Of a stretch of 19,003 nt of DNA, positions 1-6,448 are shown piece by piece. The DNA lies in contig CAOQYA010000011.1 in the NCBI GenBank assembly GCA_948514155.1, forward strand, positions 1 to 19,003. Direction: 5' to 3'. A model generated the notes under the pieces. The model was not told the DNA's origin. It made no database searches and saw only the letters and a program-made list of their open reading frames with translations. Position numbers and translations under genes: made by a program. The stretch is from an uncultured Eubacteriales bacterium (GTDB taxonomy: Bacteria; Bacillota; Clostridia; Christensenellales; UBA1242). Within the stretch, counting starts at the first letter, position 1. Each line of letters begins with the position of its first letter.

Positions 1-302
1 CTTTTGAGTTCGACATCCGTCCTTCTGCGAAAATTCTCAAATTCTGCTTGGATACGACGCGCAAGTTCCAAATATTCTGCCGACTTATCGCCTTGCTCGC
101 AAGTGCAGCCCTCCGAGCATCTCTCGCCCTCGTGGCAAGCGCAATCTTCCCCGCAGGTGCAGCCGTCGTTGCAGCCGCATTCGCTTTCGCAAACACAATC
201 TTCGCCGCATGTGCGACTCTCGTCATGCTCACATGCACATTTGTGCTCTTTTTCATGCTTGCCGCAGCAGCATCCGTCTTTTCTTGTTTCTTTATCTTTC
301 AA
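1..302 (-). CDS. grpE: GrpE nucleotide-exchange factor, N-terminal 100 codons (continues past the window start), with a Cys-rich N-terminal extension
   Basis: This ORF is not in the ORF track because it has a TTG start and is open at the window edge. My own minus-strand translation from TTG at 302-300 gives MKDKETRKDGCCCGKHEKEHKCACEHDESRTCGEDCVCESECGCNDGCTCGEDCACHEGERCSEGCTCEQGDKSAEYLELARRIQAEFENFRRRTDVELK. AEFENFRRR is the conserved GrpE signature. The TTG overlaps the hrcA TGA (ccTTGAaa) and follows AAAGGAGGAGAAGG. An in-frame TAA 5 codons upstream excludes an earlier start. The hrcA-grpE gene order is canonical. Confidence 0.85.
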   Translation of the reverse strand, partial: MKDKETRKDGCCCGKHEKEHKCACEHDESRTCGEDCVCESECGCNDGCTCGEDCACHEGERCSEGCTCEQGDKSAEYLELARRIQAEFENFRRRTDVELK

Positions 303-1294
303 GGTCCTTCTCCTCCTTTAATATTTTCAAGTTCGTCAGCAAGCAGTTTAAGTGCAGCCGACACTCCGCCATAGTCCATTCGCTGCGGTCCAATCACGCC
401 CACGCTAAGTTCCACCGAGCCCACTTTCAGCGGCAGTTTGACCACCGAAAGTTCGTCCTCATTTTCGGCCACCGAAACGATAAGTTCGTCGCCCTCTTGC
501 GCATCAAGAACTTCGATAAGTTCTTCTTCGTCCTCCAGCACCGCAAAAATATGTTTTGCCTTTTCGATTTCGCCGCTTTCGAGCAATTTAACAGCACCGC
601 TTTTTTGAATATCAAGAATTTTGCGTTTGTTAAACCTCTTCAGCCCGCTGACAAGACAATCAACGATATTTTGGAAACTTTCAATCTCTTCTGTAAGAGA
701 TCCTTCTTCGAAGGCTTCGGTCATATCAGCGATAGTTTTGCCAACAAAGCGTTTTTTGAAGAAACGCGCCGCGTCGTCACATTCGCGCTTGCTTGCCGAG
801 ATATTGAGGCGCTCATTGATGTAACCCGAGCCCGTCCCTATTAGCACCAAAACTTCTTGGCTTAATAGCGGAATAATTTGAAAGTCTTGCAGCACAAGGT
901 TTTCCACACCACTTGCCATAACAACAGTCGGATAGTTGGTTGCCTGCCCGATAGTTTTGGCAATCGAAGAAATAAGATCGGACAACGACGCTGTTTTCTG
1001 CTCGATAAGAGCGCGCACCTTTTCAAGTTCTTTGTTTGTGGCTTTAAAGTTTCCCAGCATGCTTCCAACATAATATCGATAGCCCATTGCCGTTGGCACT
1101 CTGCCACCCGATGTGTGAAGTTGCCTCAAATATCCCATTGCCTCAAGCGCATTAAGTTCGCTCCTCAGCGTTGCAGTGGAGCAATCTAAACTTGTCAAGG
1201 TCTTAAGGCTGCCACTTGTGATAGGCGAAGAGGAAGAGATGTAGTCTTCAATCGCCACCTGCAAAATCTGTTGTTTTCTTTCAGAAAGCCCCAC
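299..1294 (-). CDS. hrcA: Heat-inducible transcription repressor HrcA
   Basis: The 331-aa ORF has a typical HrcA N-terminal winged-helix region (ERKQQILQVAIEDYISSSSPITSGSL...LDCSTATLRSELNALEAMGYLRQLHTSGGRVPTAMGYRYYV). It has a GTG start with GGAGG 7 nt upstream, a CIRCE operator in its own leader, and grpE immediately downstream. Confidence 0.95.
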   Translation of the reverse strand: MGLSERKQQILQVAIEDYISSSSPITSGSLKTLTSLDCSTATLRSELNALEAMGYLRQLHTSGGRVPTAMGYRYYVGSMLGNFKATNKELEKVRALIEQKTASLSDLISSIAKTIGQATNYPTVVMASGVENLVLQDFQIIPLLSQEVLVLIGTGSGYINERLNISASKRECDDAARFFKKRFVGKTIADMTEAFEEGSLTEEIESFQNIVDCLVSGLKRFNKRKILDIQKSGAVKLLESGEIEKAKHIFAVLEDEEELIEVLDAQEGDELIVSVAENEDELSVVKLPLKVGSVELSVGVIGPQRMDYGGVSAALKLLADELENIKGGEGP

Positions 1295-1310
1295 CTTTTA
1301 ACCTCCAAAC

Positions 1311-1337
1311 TTAGCACTCTCTGCTTTCAAGTGCTAG
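1311..1337 (-). promoter_or_regulatory. CIRCE operator (HrcA binding site)
   Basis: The sequence is TTAGCACTC-tctgctttc-AAGTGCTAG, compared with the consensus TTAGCACTC-N9-GAGTGCTAA. That is a perfect left arm, 7 of 9 matches in the right arm and a 9-nt spacer. It lies between the -10 box and the hrcA start. Confidence 0.85.
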
Positions 1338-1341
1338 CACT

Positions 1342-1370
1342 ATTATATGCAAAAGAAAAAAATATGTCAA
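1342..1370 (-). promoter_or_regulatory. SigA-type promoter of the hrcA-grpE operon
   Basis: The minus strand reads TTGACA (1370-1365), a 17-nt spacer, then TATAAT (1347-1342), with CIRCE starting 5 nt downstream. The -35 box is also the 3' arm of a weak hairpin, ATGTCA(1383-1378)-8 nt-TGACAT(1369-1364), followed by a T-run. That hairpin could be a leaky terminator for the upstream operon. Confidence 0.7.
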
Positions 1371-1423
1371 ACAAAAGTGACATATTTTTTGAAAACTTTT
1401 TGATATTTTGTCGAAAGGCTATC

Positions 1424-3046
1424 CTATCTCGAAAAAGGTTTTATTTTCGGCGCTTGAAGTTTTGCAAGAGCCTCGTCCGAAATTTCGATAACTCTGCCGC
1501 CTTTAGGATTTATCTTTCTTCCGCCAAACACCACCCAAATTGCACGGCAATTTTCCCTTGGCATAGAGGCCTTTCCGTCGGTGAAAATAATCTTATTCGC
1601 GGCGCGCGGAGAAAAATTATCAACAGCAGCGTTAAAATCGGTTCCTCCGTCTATATTAAATCTGATTTTTTCGATATCTGCCTCCGAGCGAACTTCTTGA
1701 AAATCGATAAATCGGGTGTTAAACTGCCCCACTTTGATGCGAGATACTTGCAAAATGTTTTTGCACTCTCTTAAAAAGTTCTTAAGCAGGTCTTCACTAA
1801 CAGAGCCAGACACATCTAGCATAATCTCTGTTTCAGGCTCGGCATATTTAATAAGCCTTGCATTAAGCACATTGTTTTCAAACTCGCCGTCGCGATATGA
1901 CCAATCAGCATTGATTTTCGCACTTTCGCGCAGCAGCCTTTTCCAATTGATAAGCGGCTTAGCCTTGCCAACATTGTCAAAATTTTTATATCGCGAACTT
2001 GTCCCTTTCCCGGCAAGTCCAGAACTTGATTTTTTATTGAGTTTTTCAATCATCTTTTCGAGATTTTCTTGAACTTGCTTGTCATTTTTCTCGAAAAGTT
2101 TATCTTCACCCTCACTAGCCTCTTCTTCAATCTTCTTTTGACGCTCTTCGTCCTTTTTCTTTTCCTCTTCGCTTTCTTCGCCTTGAAGTTCTTTTTCAAA
2201 GTCAGATTTAAGGCCTTTGCCTTCCTTGTAGTTTTTCACAACCTCTTCCCAAAGGTCGTGGCTATCGTGGCCTGCATTTCCGTCTTCGCTTTCTACATTA
2301 TCGCCGCCTTCCTCGTCACCCGAGCCACTTCGCGAGTCGCCACCTTGGCTTCCACCGTCAGAGTTTTCTCCGCCTTGCGAAGAATTTCCGCTTCCTTCGC
2401 CTTGGCCACTTTCAGCGCCGCTTTCTTGTGAGTCACTTTGCCCTTGGTCACTGCCGTCCGCTCCGTCTGAACTTGGACTATCTTTCTCCGAACTTTCACC
2501 CGAGCCACTCTGTCCTTGGCCTTGACCTTGGCCTTGCTCTTCTTGAGAACTCTCGCCACCTGAGGCTTGTCCCTGGCTTGAGCCTTGACCGCCTCCATTT
2601 TGTTGCTGCTGACCACTCTCGCCTTGCTCTTTTGCTTGTTGCTTCTCCTCGGCTTCTTTAACGAGTTTGTCGTAGATTGTCTCCGCCTTCTTGTTAAGCG
2701 CTTCAGGCATGTCAACACCACCCGCAGGAATTATTCCCCCATCTCTTCTCAACATTTGATTGATAACTGCATCGGTGGCGATGTTCCAAAGTTTTTTAAC
2801 TTTGCCGTCCGATCTTCTAATGTGGTCGCTGGCAATATGCAAAATCTCATGCGCAAGAACGAACTCCTGTCCAGCCTCATCAAGCGTTTCCATAAAATTA
2901 GGGTTAACAAAAATATTTTTCCCATCAGTGCAGGCCGTTGTCATTTTCTCCGTTTGAATAATGCGGCAGCCCGCCACAAGGCTTCCGAAGAAAGGATATT
3001 TCAGCAATGTTTTTCTCTTTATCTTTTCAACATCAAACATATGCAC
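1424..3046 (-). CDS. VWA-domain protein with an N-terminal putative zinc-metallopeptidase domain (DUF2201_N plus DUF2201/VWA-like architecture) and a long acidic low-complexity linker
   Basis: The 540-aa ORF has an HExxH motif (LAHEILHI, codons 66-70, nt 2837-2851). Its C-terminal VWA domain has a MIDAS-like DxSGS (IMLDVSGSVS, nt 1802-1816) plus downstream GGTD and FTDG. Residues about 131-335 are a G/S/Q/E/D/K-rich low-complexity stretch. The gene starts 5 nt after the preceding ORF. From recollection, this family is typically encoded next to MoxR-like AAA+ ATPases. Confidence 0.8.
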   Translation of the reverse strand: MHMFDVEKIKRKTLLKYPFFGSLVAGCRIIQTEKMTTACTDGKNIFVNPNFMETLDEAGQEFVLAHEILHIASDHIRRSDGKVKKLWNIATDAVINQMLRRDGGIIPAGGVDMPEALNKKAETIYDKLVKEAEEKQQAKEQGESGQQQQNGGGQGSSQGQASGGESSQEEQGQGQGQGQSGSGESSEKDSPSSDGADGSDQGQSDSQESGAESGQGEGSGNSSQGGENSDGGSQGGDSRSGSGDEEGGDNVESEDGNAGHDSHDLWEEVVKNYKEGKGLKSDFEKELQGEESEEEKKKDEERQKKIEEEASEGEDKLFEKNDKQVQENLEKMIEKLNKKSSSGLAGKGTSSRYKNFDNVGKAKPLINWKRLLRESAKINADWSYRDGEFENNVLNARLIKYAEPETEIMLDVSGSVSEDLLKNFLRECKNILQVSRIKVGQFNTRFIDFQEVRSEADIEKIRFNIDGGTDFNAAVDNFSPRAANKIIFTDGKASMPRENCRAIWVVFGGRKINPKGGRVIEISDEALAKLQAPKIKPFSR

Positions 3047-3051
3047 GCCTC

Positions 3052-3438
3052 TTAAATTATGCAGCCAACTTGCGCAATTTGCGGCGCAAGTTTATTAAAA
3101 TCGGAGCACAAAACAACTATGCTCACATTTGCGGGCAGTTTAAATGAGCCAATCGCCCTATTTTTTAAAATTTCTAAAAATTTAAGTTGCTCTTTTTCTG
3201 AAATCTTGGCAATATCTTCAACAACTAATATCGAGATAATTTCATCCTTATTCTTGCAAAGTTCTTGCAGCCAATCAGGCGCTTGCCACTTGCCAGAAAT
3301 ATATTGTTCGGACAGCGCTTTATCAATCTCGCAATCAGCGGCAATAAAAGTTGCGCCTTTAAAATCTTTTTTGGCCAGATTTGTGATAACAGGAGAAATG
3401 TTTGCAGCAATAGCCTCTAGTAATTCTTTGTTTTTCAT
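3052..3438 (-). CDS. Small protein that is a P-loop-less paralog of the AAA+ core of the upstream ATPase
   Basis: The 128-aa ORF starts with an ATG that overlaps the upstream stop (ATGA at 3438-3435), with AAGGGAGGA upstream. Its segment APDWLQELCKNKDEIISILVVEDIAKISEKEQLKFLEILKNRAIGSFKLPANVSIVVL aligns by eye to the ATPase segment PPAWYDELVEKCQNEPEKNHILFLDELTNALPSIQGEVLTLVQDRKVNGRFKLPSNCRIVAA. The position equivalent to the Walker A motif reads NLAKKDFKG, so there is no GKS/T. Confidence 0.6.
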   Translation of the reverse strand: MKNKELLEAIAANISPVITNLAKKDFKGATFIAADCEIDKALSEQYISGKWQAPDWLQELCKNKDEIISILVVEDIAKISEKEQLKFLEILKNRAIGSFKLPANVSIVVLCSDFNKLAPQIAQVGCII

Positions 3439-5339
3439 AACGAGATTCCTCCCTTAGTTGAAGTTTCACTAGCAGCAGCACTAAGTTCAGCAATCCTCAT
3501 CGCTCTATCTTTATCGCCATGTATCCAAAGACTGTCAAACACCGCCTCTTCTTCCTCTCCAAGTTTGGAAACGAAGTTTCTAACTGTCGCAAGTTTATCG
3601 TCACTCACATTAGTGAGGCAAGTTGCAGTCAGATATCTAAGGTCTGTCTGCATTTCATCAAGGTCCTCTTGAGTGTAGTTGCCACTCAAAACATCTTCAA
3701 GCGAGATAATTTCGCTCTGGCAGAAAGCAGCAAATTCATCAGCAATATCTCCCACATGCATCCTTGCAAGATATGGATTTCTTCCCGCTTTAAGTTCGTT
3801 GGAAACTTTCTCCCACGCTCTTGGTGTTGCGGAAGGGTTTTTTGGGTCTCCGGAGAATTCAGTTCTAAGAGCGCCATCTCCATTAAAAGCAATAAACGCA
3901 TACACTGCAGGATGTATCCCGGCCTTAGCCGCCCACGGCAGCCAGTTGTCTGTAGTTGTCTGAATATTCACATGTCCAAATCTATCGAAAAGCGGCCTTA
4001 TTATATCATAAGCGGCTTCACTATCTTCCATTTCGTTTCCGGCTGCGACAATTCGGCAGTTTGAAGGAAGTTTAAATCTGCCATTCACCTTTCGGTCCTG
4101 AACAAGCGTCAACACTTCGCCTTGTATGCTTGGAAGCGCATTTGTAAGTTCGTCAAGGAAAAGAATGTGATTTTTCTCTGGCTCATTTTGGCATTTTTCC
4201 ACAAGTTCGTCATACCAAGCTGGCGGAATATCTTCAACCTTGCTGGTTGCAGGATTAAAAATTGTTTTTCCGTTCAGTCTATCCAGCGAAAAACTTGCAA
4301 GAAGCAGTGTTATGCAATCCGGGTCAACCTGCTTCACTCTTGCCGATTTTCCGTCGCCGGGCAAGCCATGCAAAAACACCGGCTCGTCGGCCGCAATAGA
4401 TGCAATAATCATTTCCTTAGGAGTTATGTCGCTGTTAAAATTAAAGTTATATGGGTTGTTAGTTGTCTTTTTCGCTTTCTTTGCAGTCTGTTTTGCGGAG
4501 TTATCACTCTTTTGTTTTCCAGACTGATTTACTAAACTGTCCCACCTTACTTCTTTAGCAAAATAGTTATTAAGATATTTATGTGCAAAAGTCTTTTTAA
4601 AGTTGCCGTTATAACTATCGCTACTATCAAACTGAATTCCCGCAAAAAGCACTCTTTCAGAGAGAATAATCTTTTCGTCCTCGTCAACAAGCCAAGTTAT
4701 CGGCTCAACTTTAACCCAATAAGTTTTTCCTGTCTGGGCTTGTTCCTTGTTGGAAAGAACTCCGGGTGCAGAGTCCAAACATTCGACCCTTACAAATTTT
4801 TCACCTCTCCACTCATATTCTATAACTGTGCGAGGGTCAAAGGCCTTGCTATATTCGTCATAACTATGAGAGTCAAAAGTATATTCATGCCCCGTCTTTT
4901 TAAGAGTTCCGTCTGTAAATTGTTTATCAAGACTTTTCCTCTCTAATTCAGTGGCTAATGTTTGTGGGTATTGCCCAATTTTAACACGAAGAATTCCGTC
5001 TGCTCCCCTCACTCCGTTCGGGAGATCTTTGATTAAAGAGAACGACGAAGCGGGCCGGAAGCCATCATTGCGTCTGCTCGGTATACTCCACGTCTTAGGG
5101 CCGTCAGAGCCCACGACACGAACATCCGTATCAGCATTCTCAGAAGCGGACCACCACCAAGAGGCATGTGCTTGACCAGTGGATGTTTCAACAATCTGGC
5201 CTGAATTAACTGCTCCGCCGAGAACAACAGCAAGGTCTGTTGTGGCGGCTTTTGTGCCATATTTTTTAAATATTTTCAGTTGGTTGCTATCCCAAATTTG
5301 TTCTTGATTTAAAAGTGTAAATGCTTTAGTTTTTGCCAT
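3435..5339 (-). CDS. DGR variable (target) protein: an N-terminal diversified ligand-binding-like domain fused to a MoxR/AAA_5-like AAA+ ATPase
   Basis: The 634-aa ORF contains the VR at codons 58-98. Walker A is GLPGDGKS (nt 4344-4367), Walker B is HILFLDE (nt 4149-4166), sensor 1 is RIVAAGN and there is an FDRF motif. No N-terminal hydrophobic signal peptide or TM segment is visible (MAKTKAFTLLNQEQIWDS...). AGAGGAG lies 7 nt upstream of the ATG. Confidence 0.85.
   Translation of the reverse strand: MAKTKAFTLLNQEQIWDSNQLKIFKKYGTKAATTDLAVVLGGAVNSGQIVETSTGQAHASWWWSASENADTDVRVVGSDGPKTWSIPSRRNDGFRPASSFSLIKDLPNGVRGADGILRVKIGQYPQTLATELERKSLDKQFTDGTLKKTGHEYTFDSHSYDEYSKAFDPRTVIEYEWRGEKFVRVECLDSAPGVLSNKEQAQTGKTYWVKVEPITWLVDEDEKIILSERVLFAGIQFDSSDSYNGNFKKTFAHKYLNNYFAKEVRWDSLVNQSGKQKSDNSAKQTAKKAKKTTNNPYNFNFNSDITPKEMIIASIAADEPVFLHGLPGDGKSARVKQVDPDCITLLLASFSLDRLNGKTIFNPATSKVEDIPPAWYDELVEKCQNEPEKNHILFLDELTNALPSIQGEVLTLVQDRKVNGRFKLPSNCRIVAAGNEMEDSEAAYDIIRPLFDRFGHVNIQTTTDNWLPWAAKAGIHPAVYAFIAFNGDGALRTEFSGDPKNPSATPRAWEKVSNELKAGRNPYLARMHVGDIADEFAAFCQSEIISLEDVLSGNYTQEDLDEMQTDLRYLTATCLTNVSDDKLATVRNFVSKLGEEEEAVFDSLWIHGDKDRAMRIAELSAAASETSTKGGISL
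5046..5166 (-). repeat. DGR variable repeat (VR)
   Basis: This 121-nt segment is colinear with 6674-6794 at a constant offset of 1628 with no indels. There are 17 mismatches, and 16 fall where the coding-sense TR has A. It encodes ASWWWSASENADTDVRVVGSDGPKTWSIPSRRNDGFRPAS. The 3' end in coding sense is the GC-rich, invariant GGCTTCCGGCCCGCTTCG. Confidence 0.9.
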
Positions 5340-5378
5340 AAGTTAACTCCTCTTTCGCAAAACATGTTTATTTTTTAA

Positions 5379-5407
5379 ATTATAACATATTGTGCACAAA
5401 ATTTCAA
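5379..5407 (-). promoter_or_regulatory. Candidate SigA-type promoter for the target operon
   Basis: The minus strand reads TTGAAA (5407-5402), a 17-nt spacer, then TATAAT (5384-5379) preceded by TGT (an extended -10). It lies in the 77-nt gap between the RT stop and the target-gene ATG. Confidence 0.55.
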
Positions 5408-5416
5408 GATAAAAAT

Positions 5417-6448
5417 TTAAATTTCTCCGCTCTTAAGCTCATTTTTAAAACTTTCAGGCTCATTCGTGCGCTTAATGTGTCCATAAAAGGCAGTTTTGCG
5501 CATATTAACATAACTTGTGGAGACAACTTTTTTGCTATGTAGCATTTTTAAGGCTTTAAGTTTGCGCTTCATTCGAATTTTGCCCGATTGGCGAAGCCGA
5601 ACAAGAATTTTGCCCGAAGGGGTCAGTCTGTGATTAAAGCCCAAAAAGTCAATGCCCGCTTTCACCTTCCCTATCTGCGTCTTTTTGTTAAGAGAGAGTT
5701 TAAGTTTGCGGCACTCTTCTTCCACCTTCGCCAAAATCTCGCGAAGTTCTTTCTTGCTCTCTCCAATCAAAATCATGTCGTCCATATATCGCACATAGCC
5801 GCGAACACGCAACTTTTCTTTAATAAATCGGTCAACTCCGTCAAGATAATAAATGGCAAACCACTGGCTAGTTTGATTGCCAAGCGGCAGGCCGCAGTTT
5901 AGATTTGCATATTTGCCACTTTTGATAATAGACCAAATGAATTTAAGTTCTTGTTTCGAAAAGCCGGCTGCCTTCAATTTCCAAATGAGAATGTGGTGGT
6001 CAATCGAAGGAAAATAGGAGCGGATGTCGAGTTTAAGAAAGTAGAAATCGTTGTTTTTTGACTTTCTTAATTGCTGCCTCAAAAACATATGCAAGCGCTT
6101 AATTGCAAATGCCGAGCCCTTAAAATTTTGGCAGGCAACATTGTCGAGAATAAGTTTTTTTGCAAGCCGAGGCTTGATGCTGTTGTTGACAAGGCAGTCA
6201 ACGACCACCCTGTCTTTATATGCCGGGGCTTCAATCAACCTTTCTTTGGGGTCAAAGATGCGGAAGTTGTTATATTCCGAAAACTTGTATTGACCCGAAG
6301 TTATGGTTTTTATCAGTTTATATAAATTCTCGGCAAGATTAAGTTCAAATCTAATCACTTCGCCTTTGTGCTGCTTGCTTTTTCGGCAGTGCTTGTGCGA
6401 CTGATATAAATTGTCAAAAGTAAAAATTTCGTCGAGTTTCAAATTCAC
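5417..6448 (-). CDS. DGR-type reverse transcriptase
   Basis: The 343-aa ORF carries the RT motifs FDPKERLIEAPAYKDRVV, YFLKLDIRSYFPSIDH, GLPLGNQTSQWFAIYYL (the DGR-characteristic [I/L]GxxxSQ), YVRYMDDMILIG (YMDD) and GIDFLGF. It sits next to a TR/VR pair. The start is GTG at 6448, or possibly TTG 6 nt downstream, so the exact start is uncertain. Confidence 0.9.
   Translation of the reverse strand: MNLKLDEIFTFDNLYQSHKHCRKSKQHKGEVIRFELNLAENLYKLIKTITSGQYKFSEYNNFRIFDPKERLIEAPAYKDRVVVDCLVNNSIKPRLAKKLILDNVACQNFKGSAFAIKRLHMFLRQQLRKSKNNDFYFLKLDIRSYFPSIDHHILIWKLKAAGFSKQELKFIWSIIKSGKYANLNCGLPLGNQTSQWFAIYYLDGVDRFIKEKLRVRGYVRYMDDMILIGESKKELREILAKVEEECRKLKLSLNKKTQIGKVKAGIDFLGFNHRLTPSGKILVRLRQSGKIRMKRKLKALKMLHSKKVVSTSYVNMRKTAFYGHIKRTNEPESFKNELKSGEI

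Noticed and set aside
209-844. A plus-strand 211-aa ORF, together with the neighbouring plus-strand ORFs at 4-321, 48-374, 621-824 and 878-1189.
   Set aside because: These are antisense shadows of the well-supported hrcA and grpE genes. They have odd composition, no RBS and no recognisable domains.
1271-1774. A plus-strand 167-aa ORF spanning the hrcA promoter/CIRCE region and running into the VWA gene.
   Set aside because: It crosses a promoter and operator that belong to the opposite strand and is antisense to a domain-bearing CDS. It has no RBS and low-complexity basic content.
2293-2721. A minus-strand 142-aa K/R/A-rich ORF, plus plus-strand ORFs at 2069-2431, 2428-2661 and 2585-3055.
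   Set aside because: These are alternate-frame or antisense readings of the repetitive low-complexity linker of the VWA protein. Open frames like these arise as a by-product of biased composition.
5417-6448. The reverse transcriptase could be read as a retron or group II intron RT, with the downstream AAA ATPase as a retron effector.
   Set aside because: The LGNQTSQ motif and the TR/VR pair point to a DGR. I saw no msr/msd-like flanking inverted repeats with a conserved branching G context. There is no maturase or endonuclease domain and no recognisable intron domain V/VI RNA.
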